DNA of 61,842 nucleotides, filler included, from Choristocarpus tenellus KU-1152 (GCA_964200185.2; 9 parts of 9 records of this genome joined end to end with filler, not necessarily neighbours in it), one strand, 5' to 3'. Counted from the whole stretch's first letter, positions 1-13,600 are shown. Made by a program: numbers and translations. Notes: generated by a model from the letters alone, not told the origin.

Positions 1-1529
1 AAGCATATGACTAGTGGCAGAATCAACCAGATTGCCAACCGCCCTTCCCCTTTCAAACCACACCTCTATAACTCCCCCTCCGACCGCCCCGCCCCCCCCC
101 CCACACACAAACTTGCAGTTGACAGCTAATGGCTAAGAGAAAAACACAGCCACAGAGCCCGAGAGCAACGGACAAAACGGCCTACTGAGAGAAAGAGATA
201 CGCCCATATGGATAAAAAAAACACAAAACCCGTGTGCAACTGCCTCATGCCACAACCGCGTTACCTCCCTCGACTTCACTACCTCCTACACGGAAGAGGA
301 ACACTGCTGCCACCCCAGACTTGCGTAGCCGTGCCCATGAACAAATCAATAAACATACACACCACGAATCCAGCACAAACCTGCCCCGAACACGTCGCAC
401 ATCCGACACAACCAACCCACACGCGAGCCCTTACGCCGCGCAACACTCGTCCCCGTTTCCCCACGTCCAAAAGACAATCCCCACCCCCGCAATGAAAAAA
501 CATTTCGAAACCGCCACGGGAAACCAGGAACACCCATACCAGACTCAAGCGACACGGAAATCGAAAGCGCGCGCGACAAAGACACGCACAAAACAGAGCT
601 CAAAGAAGAACAAAATTGTTAAATGCGCCCAACAATGCCCCCTACACCTCAACACACGGAAGGAGGAACCAAAGAGAACACGCAACCAACCCTGCTCCTC
701 CCTAATAAACCCAACACCTTCGCGAAACCTACAGCTGTTGTGGATGCCGAGAAAATGCGCAAACCGCACCGAACTCAACACAGCCAACTGCCCAGAGCAA
801 GCAAACAACCGAAACACAGAAGGACAAGTGACAGAGCACTCACACACGAAACCACAGAAAATATTATTAAATCAAAAATTGAAAAAAGGACACAGTCATT
901 AGGTCTCACACAACCATGCACTTCACACACCCTCCTCTCTGTGCCCCCGAATGTCTATACCCGTCAAACACATCCACCGGGCCACGTCCTACGTCCCACG
1001 CCCCACGCCCCACGCTCGACGCTGACCACAACAACAACGAAAACATCGCAACGCCGCCGGCCACGCGCGAAAACCCAAGCCGCAGCCCCAGGAACCCACC
1101 GCAAAATCCGCAACGAGCGAAACAGAATGATGCCGCAAACGAGCAAACGTATATTTTACACGCAAAAACTGCAAGTGTGTACCACACTGTATACCTGAAT
1201 CCAACACCCCTAACCTATATAAATCAAGCCTTGCTAGTACAACCCCCCTCGCACGAATCCAACAACACCACAGCAGGGATATATACCCACACACATACCC
1301 ACATGAGTACAAAAATATATGACACCAGAGCCAAAACACAACCACCCACCAATGCCCTATCACCCCCATGCGCACCACAGCCCTTCCTGACCCGCGCACT
1401 GGGAGGCAGTAGTACAGTATTGATAGTGGTGAAGTAACGGATAGATTAGTGTTTCTTACACTTTTAGTGTTTTATAGTGTTTTTCACATTTATGACATTT
1501 TATTTCTTTGGGGCTTATACTGACATATG

Positions 1530-1990
1530 TATAGTATTCATTATCATTATTATGACTATCATTATCACTATCGTTACCACCATCACTATCATTACACTCA
1601 CTCGAAAGAACTCAAGTGGAAGAGAAGAAATAAATTAAAAAGAACAACGGATAGAAGAAAATCGACCCCAAAAGGAGATACGACCAGAAAAGAGCGTTCA
1701 ATAGACAGTGATGGTGGTGGAATTATAATAGTGACTTGGGCAACCTCGGCTACTACTTTGACATGACCTACATAAGCCGATATACTTCTTTGGAATGATG
1801 CTACTCCTCCCCTGGTGCTTCGTCCTTTGACTGTCAACTGTAATTTCAAACTTCTCACGTTTTCAAACATTGTCCACCAGTTTTCTTTCGTCTACCTTGC
1901 TTCCGTTTCCCTGACACAAGGTCACATGGTCGCCAAACACCAATACCTTGAGTAGCTGGTCCTCCACCATGCATGGAACTGATGGTCGAG
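1530..1990 (-). mobile_element. Possible degenerate 3' end of an RTE-like non-LTR retrotransposon with a simple-repeat tail
   Basis: Minus strand gives broken peptides LLKVLVFGDH / GKRKQGRRKK / WWTMFENVRSL resembling the C-terminus of RTE-clade ORF2. These are followed by a degenerate trinucleotide-like tract at ~1530-1595. Frameshifted; recognised by motif resemblance only. Confidence 0.3.
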
Positions 1991-2024
1991 AGATAAAATA
2001 CATAGTACAAGCCACAAAAACCTA

Positions 2025-2096
2025 TGGACACGCCGGAGATTGAACCCGGGGCCTCACGCTTGCGAAGCGTGCGATCTACGACTGATCTACGCGCCC
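2025..2096 (-). tRNA. tRNA-Ala(CGC), possibly slightly degenerate
   Basis: Reverse complement GGGCGCGTAGATCAGTCGTAGATCGCACGCTTCGCAAGCGTGAGGCCCCGGGTTCAATCTCCGGCGTGTCCA folds as a cloverleaf. Acceptor stem has the G3:U70 alanine determinant, anticodon arm is CACGC-TT-CGC-AA-GCGTG, discriminator is A73, no CCA is encoded, and a T5 Pol III terminator lies 4 nt downstream (2016-2020). Deviations: D-loop AGTCGTA (expected GG) and U61. Confidence 0.85.
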
Positions 2097-5000
2097 AATA
2101 CGGTCTACAGGGTAGATCTCCTTCGCCATAACTTCGAATATTTTACATCGAGCACCTTCAGTTACAGGCGAATAGCGCGAGCATTTCTTGTGTTCCAACG
2201 AAGTGCGAGCATTTGTTACACGCGAATAGCGCGAGAATTTCTTCCCATGTTTTAGCAAACACGAACATTTGTGACAGACGTAATGTGCAGCGAGTATTGT
2301 TTCTCGCGTTCTAACAAGTGCGAACAATATACGATACTAGTAACACATAGGTAGCCTTACAGAATAAATGATGATTTCATGAAAGATACAGAGCAGACAG
2401 AGTAAGATTCGGAATGCATACATAACATTTGTCAAAGTCCCTAAGAAGTTGCAGAATAAAGGTTTATGATTGGAGTACGTGTAGAGCAGTTGCATAGAAG
2501 ACCAAAGAAATTGGGTGGATGATGAAAATAATGAGAGGACTTTTGGTCAAACAATCATCCCTTTTTACCTTCAGTCTTATCTTTTATCTTGAACGAAACT
2601 TTGAGTCGAGCTTTGAGCTAAGCACTGAGTGGAATATCAAGAAGAGAAGGACACCTGACACCCTACAAACTGTTCTCAAGGGCAACGCTCCCATAGCTTC
2701 GTTTTATGGTCGTTGGATTTGAGTTGTACATCCTGTGGACGTGAGTTCTGAGGGGCACGCTGTAACACTTCTGGTTTGAGGTAGAAATGGTGTCTGACGT
2801 AATTCCATGATGCATCCAGTTGGTGTCTCTGAACAAAAACTAGAGAGCATCTGGGTTAACATATCCCCCTACAGGTTCTTTCACAGGTCTGTGGGAGGCG
2901 ACATTCCAATTTGTTGGTGAACGTATATGTTGTATATTGTACTCTGGAGTACTTGAAAATATGTTGCTGTTCGATATCTCAAGTAATTCCCAAGCAAAAT
3001 GTTCTACATATTTGCCATGCTTTCTTTCCTAACTCACCTTGTTCGCTACCCTCACTCCACTACGTACCGCACAGATGAGTTGTTAGAGTCGTACAGATCA
3101 CTTCTGCTTTTGTGGACTAGTATAATTGGTAAATGACCCACCGTTGTGCAACAATAATCTAGGAAGGATACCTATTAAGGTTAAAGATAATAACTCTTTA
3201 TCACGTGTATATGCCTCAAGCAAAGAAGCGGCAGAGTGGAAGACGTTTTTATCTCACCGCCAAGACAGCGATAAAATGAACAAGAGGGAGAACCATTGGC
3301 GAACCTTTCTGTAGATTGTGACTTATGCGGAGACCAGGGCAGAAGAAGGAACGAATATGAAAGTACTGCTGCAGAGTTTCCTCAGAGTGTAAGCCCACAA
3401 GTTGTTCGATGCAATGAATGTGATGCCTTTCTATTCAAATACTATGCACCCCAATCGCTCAATAAGCTCAGTGTCACTGAAGACAACTGGACGAAGCATC
3501 CCCAACCTTTGTATGGCATGAAGATCACGGGCGTTGTATTCGGAACCAGTGTCAAGTTGGACTTCCAGGAGGAGATTACTCCAAGACGGTTATGACCAGG
3601 GAATAAGGTCACTCCGCTGAGGTTATTGGTGGAATGGATCTGCAAGTAGATGACCCACAAAGCGAACCGGGATAATGCTGTTCATGTGTGATCCTGGACC
3701 GAGTATATTACCCAAACCCACCCATCTGTATGTAACACTACTTTATATATATCTGTGATCTTGTTGGGTACTACTTCAAGATGCATGCACTTTGATTAGT
3801 GATCTTGTTGTAATGAAGACTTGAGAATGTTGAAATAAGACTCCAAACCACTCAAAGTCCATACAACAGTACAATTACACACAGCCTCCCTAAATCATGT
3901 GATCTTTCAACGTCCTCCTTGACTGTATTCGCTCTGTATACTGCTGTTTTGTCTTTTTCGTTGTGAAAAGGTGGTAATTCCCCCACTTGTTGAGCACAAA
4001 TTAAGACGTTCCACTGCATAGAAGCGCATACTCTTCAAAAATTGAGTCAATCACTCTTTGAACTACAGTGTCCGTCAGATTCGATACTGAATCACGATTG
4101 GATAAGAGAGTCGTATGTCTGGTTGGGGGGAATATTTAATTTTACTTCAAAATCATCAGGTCAACAGTTTTTGGTGCTCTTTGGTACTCTCTCTGTCCCA
4201 TAAGTCTGTGCCGTTAAGCTGTAGCTCTTTAGGATGACCTTCGATTACTAAACGGACCTAGGACATACCGGACATACGAAGAAAACATGTCCAATATCCA
4301 GTAGTACAAACGTTTGTACGAAACACACTCTTTTTCTACTCTATTTTTGGTTACCATCAACAGGGTTTGGAGGTGATGGACAGACCGTTTGAGGAGAAGT
4401 TTGCATTCTTCAATGCCTTCAGGAGTCTTGTCCTACCAGATGTTGAAGGTGCAACCATGTTCAATACGGACATGGTTTCAGTAAGTGTTGTTGGCAAGGG
4501 AGCATCGGGGATGGTCTCGATCCTTGCCATAAAGAAGAGCGACCATGGGTGGGGAAGATCCCAGGGCTGTGGCGTGTTGAGTGCTGATGAGGACAAGATT
4601 CCGAAGGTTGCTGTGAAAGTAGTCCAGGAGGTAAGAATTGTATTTGCAAAGGATCTCCCAAGCGAAGTATTTGTAATACTAAATAGTTCTCTGGAATGAA
4701 AACTCTGTCTGAAGTTTATGTTAGAGAGCTCTGCTGTAATTTGTTAGTTCTATATGGTGTATGTATTTCTGCTTGTCTCCCCTCCTCTTCTCTGTTTGGT
4801 GTGGATGATTCTAGGTTTTGATTGGAGGATGAACATTTGTTTTGTATGAACATGTGGATCTTCAGCTTCATGTGGGAAGATGTTTTGGATACCCTTGTTT
4901 TTTGCTTCTATCCGTACTTGGGTGATTTTTTGTGTTACTTGGCCAGTCTTTCTCTTCAAAATGACATGCCCAAGTATGTTGATCTGTGTCATGTGAATTC

Positions 5001-5288
5001 ATTCGCCTTATCATGTGTTTTAGTTGTAGTTACCTCTATCCCAGGCGTTGTGTTGCTGTATTGGATAATTTTTTTCTTCCAGGAAAAACCAAATATCCCA
5101 AGGTAGGATGACCTTTGTTAGTAGAACTTTATGGGTATTGTGTATGATTTCCACTAACAAGGTTTGGTGTCTCTAGTTTTTGTCATGTTGAGTGTGTGAT
5201 GTGAGCAAATCGTTCTTTACTAATGACTTGAGGGAGTAATCTTACGATTGATTATAATCATACTGTTGTATGATTTATCGTTAGATTT

Positions 5289-5558
5289 GACCCATAGTAT
5301 CTTAAGGGGGGGGTCAGGTGTCCATTCGTGGCCTGTTGAACTTGTCGTGATTTTCCACGTCATCTCAGTGGACGTGGGAAATGTAAGGGCAGTTTCCTCC
5401 ATCTCAACGCACCTTCCTTTCTTATCCCCCTGCCTGAACCAAATCCGAAGGAAAATCGCGCGCAAATCGGGCATCAAGGTGGGGTATCTTACAACACTCC
5501 ATCAAGCCCCAAATGGACAACATGCCCTAGACACTCCCCATCTAAGATACTATGGGTT
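5289..5558. mobile_element. MITE family C (Sola-like), ~270 bp
   Basis: Terminal inverted repeats GACCCATAGTATCTTA ... TAAGATACTATGGGTT, flanked by a perfect 4-bp direct repeat ATTT (5285-5288 and 5559-5562). Subterminal GTCCATT / AATGGAC motifs are shared with families A and B. Confidence 0.7.
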
Positions 5559-5637
5559 ATTTGCACTTTAAAATTCCTGTCATGAAGCAGTAGTGAGCAG
5601 TGAAGAACGGGAGGAAAGCAAGGATGAAGAAGAATTA

Positions 5638-6367
5638 GGGCTTCATACCGGACCAGAAGCTAACCAGACCGCCTGGCCAGACCAGAGCCTGGGACTGATC
5701 CTGCTAAGACATTTCACCTGGACCAGCTTGCTGCTTGGTCTGGCTACAATTTTGATGACTCCAGTTCGACCCTGATTAAGACATTTTTAGTGGTATATAG
5801 CACTTTATGATGGTGTGTGTTGAAAGTTGTGAATTTTCGATATGAAACGCACTACTTCTCACACTAACTAAAGATTCACCGACTCATTGTGCTTCCTCTG
5901 TTCCTGCCTTGCTTCTCACGCGTATTGGGTTTACCATTTTCACGGCTTGTCTTTCCGTCTCTTTCCTTGAATCTCAGTGCTGGACCACCCCAAAGTTTTC
6001 GCCTTGTTGTTGGTCCAGTATTCTTGTGGCATAGCCACAAACAGGACAGTACAGGTGTACAATCAACTGTGCTTGCAATGTCATAAAGATAGTGGAAACC
6101 AGATTTCGGTGAAAAGAAGTCTGGCGTCAAAGGGGCTGAAATCCGGTATATCATGTGGGTTGGTAGCTGTTTAGTGAGCCATGAGAATATCCTGTTTTAA
6201 GAATAAAGTATATCAGAGCTGGTCCTCGGTCATACACTTGGACTGGTGGTCCTGTTGAACTTACTGTAGAAGTACTTACTATTTGTACCTAGTAGTATAG
6301 CATTTCACCTGGACTGACCCGTGGCCCAGTCTTGCAACGGTGGTTGTCTTGGTCCGGTGTAAAGTTT
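5638..6367. mobile_element. Degenerate TIR element (MITE-like), with a SINE-like copy inside
   Basis: Left end GGGCTTCATACCGGACCA is an imperfect inverted match to right end TGGTCCGGTGTAAAGTTT; multiple GGACC/GGTCC subterminal motifs. Confidence 0.4.
6088..6185 (-). mobile_element. tRNA-derived SINE-like repeat (degenerate copy)
   Basis: Aligns by eye with 24788-24892 (GGAAACCAGATTTCGGTGAAAAGAAGTCTGGCGTCAAAGGGGCT vs GGAACCGGATTTCTGTGAAAAGAAGTCAGGTGTTGAAAGGGGCT). Confidence 0.4.
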
Positions 6368-6762
6368 TTGAAATAACCACATCTACCTGGAAACCTCACC
6401 CCCTTTTGTGCTTACTACTATATTCTTTGTGTTCCTAAAGTTATCTTGGACAAAGTGACTATGACATTACTAAACCATTTTGAGCTCTACACAACGAGAA
6501 TTTATATCAGAACCTGATATTTTGTAACCCCAATACCAACCCTTCATTTTCAATCTACCTCACTCACCCCTCACCCCTCACTCCATGCGACGAATCGTCC
6601 ACAAGAAGGAGGGAGGGTTATTGAGACCTAGGGTTTTTGTGGAGTACTCGAGATGGTTGAGTAATAACATTGAAACGGAGTAGCGTTTTGTTGATCTTGT
6701 CTCATTTTGTGCTTGAACAGTGGATTTGGAGAATTGAGGAAGGAGTGGGGTAATGAGGATGG

Positions 6763-6862
6763 NNNNNNNNNNNNNNNNNNNNNNNNNNNNNNNNNNNNNN
6801 NNNNNNTTAATTAATTAANNNNNNNNNNNNNNNNNNNNNNNNNNNNNNNNNNNNNNNNNNNN
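6763..6862. other. Artificial contig spacer N44-TTAATTAATTAA-N44 (also at 17825-17924, 21273-21372, 25069-25168, 43216-43315, 47881-47980, 51617-51716, 55934-56033)
   Basis: The same 100-nt spacer, carrying stops in all six frames, occurs eight times. Confidence 0.97.
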
Positions 6863-7645
6863 GTCTTGGATTGGAAATGTCAGCAAAAAAAAAGGTTTGG
6901 CCGAAACGGGCGCCCCCTCCCACCCCCCCCCCCCCCCAGATACTTTGAGTCTAGGGCTTGTGCTCTATAGGAGCAGTTCTAGTGAGTTGTTTGCTTCCCT
7001 AGTGGATTGGAGCACACTGTCTGTGTTTGCAGAGGAGCAGTCCAAGTGAAGTACAGTGCCTGTATTATGTTACTGAGAACGTTTTTTACTTCTCAGTCAC
7101 ATTGGTGGTTTTCAAACTTGCTTCACTCTCTGGGGTGACTCATCAGAAGAATAAAAAGCTGGGCGCTTTCCTTTTACCTCCTGGTGTAATCTGGCATCCT
7201 TGTTGAACAAGGAGCTTGATTTCTCACCGGTGATGAAAATTTCGAGTCAATATTTTCCATTTTTCAGCAGTAAGCTGCAGTTATGGATATGGTTGGATGC
7301 TCTCAGGACCAAACTTTACATTGCAAGAGGCTTTCGGCCAGTCCATTGCTATGTGATAGCACTTGATTGCAGGCAGAACATTGTTGAGATACAAGTATTA
7401 CAGGCGTGTAGCATGTGGTTTCTTCCCTTGGGGCACATCGAGGATATTGAATTATCGAACCTTTTTTCCCCCAGTGGCAAGCTCTCTTTGTATTCTTGGG
7501 CAAGACAAGTTGGAGCTACACAAGACAAGGATATCATGAGCCTTAAACTCTGACCCCACCAGTTTCTTGGCCGACCTTTTGATTGCTTGCAGGCTGTCCC
7601 CTAGGAACACTATGCACAACTAACATCTTACTGTTTGCGCAACAG

Positions 7646-10600
7646 ATGGTGCCCTTGCTTGTGGCCGGGAAGGAGTGCGAACACAACCTCCTCATGCATG
7701 CCGTGAAGGGTGGTAGCCTGGAAGTATTTTCTGCGGTCCTGGGCACAATGTGTGCTGTTCTAACAAGAGAGGAGGTGATGGCTTGAAGTGAGCTTGGAAT
7801 TTTGGTTGCGAGATCCTTCTTGGGTGCCCTTTCCTTGGAGGAATAGACGTTATATTGTTCTGTGACCATCCTCTTTTTTGGAAATACCCGGTGAATATTC
7901 TTCTGTGCAAGTTGTACTACTAACCCCCTAACCCTGATGACATGCCGGTTTGTGCGTTACTTAGTTGTTGTGATAAGCCAAGAGTTAACTTCGGCCTGTA
8001 TTGCTTAGAGTTGGCTGTGATTTTCTGTACCAGTTTTCAGTCTGGGCATCCATTGCCTCATGGAGTTGCTGAACTTAAGCACATGGCTCAAAGTATCTTG
8101 GGGGAGGGGGGGGGGAAGTCTACACCAGGGTGTCCATTCGGGCCCTGATCAGGAAAAGTGTACTTACATTGTCCATCCAACACATGCAACCAAATCACAC
8201 AAAGATCGTGACATGGAAAAATTGACCCTAAATGGGCAGCTGCCGCCCTCCCCCCCCCAGATACTTTGAACCCATGGTGGACTCAGAGTACTTCAACCCA
8301 TGGTCAACTGAACCAGTAGCTCAAAGTCTGGTGTGCTGAACACGAAACTGAGAAACTCTCTGCATTCATGTTACGGTACACACTGTTTCTCGGACTTGTG
8401 ACAACAATTGCATGATTGCTATGGGTGTCTGATTCCGGTCAACTTTCTTAGGTTGTGGAGCATCTGATGTCCAAGGATCAATTGGAGCAAAACCTCCTGA
8501 TGCATGCTGTTGTCCTCGGGAGCCAGGCCATTTTGTCTGCATTGCTTGGCGCATTGCGGGGTGTCCTGAGTAATAAGGAGGTGGGACAGGCATTGCTCTG
8601 TGGTGTGTGACTCTGGAAACATGTCAGGGAGAAACAGTCGATGTTGGATAAAGGGAAGCTTTGATTTGAAGCAATTTTCTGTGGTGAAGAGGGTGGCGTT
8701 TTCTGGAATTGGGAAAAATAGTAGGGGTGCTCGACATCTGTAACTGTAGCATATTGATGGAGGCGCAAGCTGTTCAAGAGAGGCATGTTGATGATTTGCT
8801 GCTGGACTGAGATTTTGATCACACGGTTATTTCGGGCAATTTCGTTGCCCTCTGTAGGCTGATCAGTAGTTGTTCATTCTGACTATAGAGGGGAACCCTT
8901 GTTCACCCCAGAGTAGTTAGTTGTGTCAGGGTTGCTGGGAGAAAATGGGAGGGGAAGCTGAGTGTGGTCGTTGCTCTCTATTTGACGTATTTTCAACTCA
9001 CCTATTTATGTAGAGTTCTGGGAATAGAGGAAGACCTTCTTTTGAGTGATTTATCGATATGTGTGTAGCAGTCACTTGCTATCCCCTCACAGCAATAGCA
9101 TACACAAAGCAACCACGACACTATTTCCCCCTGTCAATCAATTCATTTTGACAACTGGGTTGTGGAAGGCTGTGTCAAATCCAAGCCCTATTAATCTCAT
9201 CAAGGACTAAGATTGTGCTCAGAAATCAAGACGATCCTTTGGGAGTTTGTTTTACGAGCAGTAGGTGTTGACCTTCGGCACAGTCACTGAGATGTTTCGA
9301 TGTGTTGTGCTGCTACCTGCTACTCACGATAGTGCGTTATGGGGCAGAAAGGTTTTAACTCTTATGTGTCTCATTCATTCCTCAGCCAGATGGCAGAACT
9401 CCTCACTGCGCAGGAGAAGGAGAACGGTATGAAAACCCTGATGTTCATTGCAAATGGAAATAGTAGCCTGGCAGACATGGACTACATTGTCAACGAGCTT
9501 GAAAGGCTACAGTCGACAGGGACGCTAAGTCCTGACGAGGTGAATCTATGCTCCAAACAGTAGCCGTTTGTGTTTTGCAAGTTGAAAACATGTAGTTTTT
9601 TTTCAATGAATCGGTCTAACATGTAGTTTTTTTTTCTCAGGGTAACTCCTGCATCTCTGCATGCTTGTGAAAGAGTTGTGTATTATGTGAGGAGGGATCT
9701 TGTTTGTGCCCGGCTTGTTGTGTGTGTGGCATATATGCCCATGATGAGTTGTAGTGTATGGCATGACTTCGGAAAGTGATTTTGGTGTGTTATCCTTCCC
9801 CATTTGCTCCATGAACGGTTTGGGGTCACGTTCTTGAAAGAGGGCTCTGAGTAAGTATTACGAAGGTTGCCATAGAACGCAAGGGACACAGATTCGCCAA
9901 CACCTCTGGAATCCAAACCTACAATGGTTGACTTGGGTCACTCTTGAGTCAACCATGACCATTTTGAGCACAAGAGACAATCACTGTAGACAAAAATGCT
10001 ACTTCGAAGTAAATCCATATGGCAGACTGCTTGCATATGGTGGTTGTCTTCTCTTGACTCTATTCCGTTGTATGCGTAGCAAGGGTGGGAAGGTTAGTCA
10101 TTTGCAGTAGTTCTCGATGAACTGCAGTTTTGCGTTCTGATGCACTTTTTTGATGCATAGTTCATGTTGCACCCATTTCCAACACTTCTACTTTGCTTGT
10201 GTGAAGTAGATAATCACGATGCTGAGTCAGCGGACAAAGAGCAGGGATGATACTGTGATCATGCTTGCGGCAAGAGATGGCACATACGACACCTGCCTTT
10301 CCCTCCTGCAGTTTGCTGAGCTCTCTGGGTACGACTTCAATGCAAAGAGCGCATATGACGGCACCCAAAAGTCTGCCATGCACTTGGCAGCCAGCCGTGG
10401 TTCCAATGCCGGTCTTGACATGGTCGGAGCCCTTGTGCAACATGGTGCTGTTCCAGAGCAACAGGTCATTGTTACCCTTGTTCGCAAGGCACTGATGGGA
10501 AAATTTTCAGAGGATCACCTGGTGGACTGCTTTCTTCGAGCTGTGGCATCCGCCCAGAACCCTTTGATCCCTGGTGTGAACCTGTTGAAGCAGCTGGGAG

Positions 10601-13600
10601 ATCCTCGCCTACGGGCCCCCGAGACACGCCGTGTGGTACTGCGGCTGCAGTTTGTGGTAAATGAACTGCTACAGAGAGTTCTCGGACATCTTCCAGGAAC
10701 GGTTAGGAGCTTTGCAGGCAATGCGTCTATTGAAGTGGGGATGTGTTTTGTGGGTGCAATTCTTGAGCCCGAGAATCATGGACGGCACCACAAGAACTTC
10801 ATTGGACCGCTGCGCACAGCTCTAGAGGGACGGCGCCTGAACGTCTTGAGTGCGCCGATTGTGTTGGACTTCTTGTCGCTCAAGTTTGGATGTGGTATTC
10901 CATCACTGCTAGAGAGTTGGAGCAGGCCAGATGATCGGGAGAAGGAGTTCCTGCAAGCAAATCAGTTTCTAATTGCTGCAGAAGACCCGTGGGGTCGCTC
11001 CATTGCAGTGGCACTAGGGAGTGATGCTGACGTGAGCCCGGGGCGCTTGACTCTTTATGAAGCAGCACAGAGGTTTGGGGAAGAAATACAAGGGAGGGGC
11101 GCTGATGCAGATGAGGCAAGCTTGACCATTCTTGCTGGAGCACAGTTTACCCTTGCTGGAATTGCAGCACGCCCGATGTCCTTTTACCTGGTGCCGGCCG
11201 TCAGAATGGCTTTTGAGTTCCTGGTGTATGTGGCTATGCTGTGTGTCTTCAGTGTGGGGGTGGCCATGAAGACTGGCAACAAGATAGGAATTGCAGAGGG
11301 CGTAATTTTCATCTACACCTTGGTGAGAGTCGAGAGTTCAGAGCTCTGGTGCTTTTTTGGGATGTTTTTTGTAGAGGAAGTGCCATCTTATGAACCCCAC
11401 CTAACTGCCTCAGCCGTGAATTTTGTGGGCCGTACATTTGCATGAGGCATATCTAGGTTGATACTTGCTCTCCATAAATCACATGCCCCGGGTCTTCGAA
11501 ATCCAGCGGCCGTTAGCATGGTACAAGTAGTGGTCAATCATTTCAACCTCACTGTTTCTTGCTTTGCAGGGGGCAATGATGGCGGAGGTAAGGCAAGCGA
11601 TTTTTGTGAGATTCTACTTCTCTGATCGATGGAACAGGATGGACATATTTATGCTTGTCTTTCTGGGCATGGCTTTCTTCTTCCGAGTGGCCACTCCCTC
11701 AGAGCAAGGAGTTTTGTTCTCATCAGACGCCCCCTTCTTTGCCAGTTTCTTCTATGCTGTCAGTGCCCCGCTTCTCTTTTCACGCACCCTCTTCTATGCT
11801 CAAATATTCCCTGCTCAGGGACCTATGGTTCAGGTAAGCACGCAGGGTGTGCACATCATTAGTGTAACCCCCCCACCAAAATGTACACGCAAACAAACGC
11901 CTTTTATGGTGATGGGGGACCGTGGTGCTGAGGTCATGTAAGATACTGTATTTTAAACTCTTGCTTTACCTAGAAAGAAGGCTGGGGAAACGCTGACTGA
12001 TAAAAGTTATCAAGAGATGAACTTGCCTAATTTGTAACTACATGATGTTGCCGCACAGTGCTGTGATTGCAGGTTTCAGCATTTTGTGGGGCTTTTCCTT
12101 TTGGATTCAGGCAGGTATTGTGCAGAAACACAAGAAGCATTGCAGTTACTTTCTCTGAGCCTAGCCTGTTTCGTTTTGAGATTAAAATATGCTCATATGT
12201 TAGTTACATCCACCCCAGATATGCCTGCTTGTACAGCAGGCATAGACGTGAATGATCAGAATTTTCTTGACAACTCTGGTCAGGTGTGGGAAGTGTGAAT
12301 TTTCTATGCCACTACTCCCTCTCCTTCCTTTATCTGCCAACTGACAATATTATTCCGTATGTCCAAGGTTTGGGTCACCGAAGGCAGGGTGGTTCCTACC
12401 TGTTTTGTTTTTGTTGAATCCTCATTGTGATCTTTGCCTTCACAAATTCTCTGTTTTTCAAATGGATCACACGTATGACTGCATTGGGTTTTATCTCCCA
12501 TAGCTATATATTCCTCTGTTCCGTAAGTTTGGGATTAAGGTCAGAGCCGCATATCTCGAGATCTAGAACGATTTGGAACAAAAACAGCAGCTCATATGAA
12601 AGAAATTTTTCTACTACATGCCCGTGCCTTAAATATTAGAATTCGATTCCGGAACAGTTCTGAAAAGTAGGACCGAAAACCACGTATTTTTGGGTCTTTT
12701 CAGTCGGAAATTATTGACTCTCGAGGGCGCAAAATACCAACCCTACCACCTCAACAACAACAACAAGCACCCTAGAAAAGATATGGCAAGCCTCAGAGAT
12801 GCTAGTCGTGAGCCCAGGAGTCCACAACGCTCAAAACTTTGGATGCCAAATAATTGAGGGCAGTCACTATGCCCTCGCTGTGAGGTACGCCATTGACCTC
12901 CTTCCGGGAGCAAAGCGCCTACCCAAAGACATTGGCAGCGCCCTGGCGGAGGAGTTCAAGGTCGGCAAGAATTATCCCAGGCACCTCTGGCAATGGGTCA
13001 CCCAACAGCTTGCTGAAGGGCACACACTCAACCTGGCGACAAGAAAAAGATCAGGCCGGCCCTCAGACTTCACCCCGTCGAAGATCACAAAGATTTGGGA
13101 AATCAACACGAAGAACGATACCTCAACCCTGCAGCAGTTCTCCATCAAGCTTGACGAGATTGGTCTCAGTGTGGGTTCCACAACGCTCTTCCACTGCCTG
13201 GAGGGTATGAGTGCAAGAATGGAAATTCGATGAGTTACCCTGATTTGTTCTCCCGTCGGAAGAAACAGGTAGACTTCTGGCTGGATCAAGTTGCCCAGGA
13301 CGGGAAGGCATACAGGACCTGTGGCAGCACCGTCCACGTCGATGACACGTGGTTCTACCTCATCCGTGACGGGCAGAAGGTCTGAATGTTCCCTGGAGAA
13401 GAAAAGGTGGGGTCAACCAAGGTGCAGCACAATAGCCACATCACCAAGATCATGTTCATCTCCGCTGTTTCACGCCTAGATCCATCCCGTAACTTTGACG
13501 GGAAGATCGAGATCTGAAGTGTGTGCATACTGAAGGAGCCCCAGCGGATCATGGTGACACTCACGAGAGGCAAGGAGTACGAGTGCGATGTGACAATTGA

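Noticed and set aside
208-1437. Overlapping 170-220-aa ORFs as real genes
   Set aside because: They are explained by T-poor composition (few stops) and show no domain motifs or splice logic.
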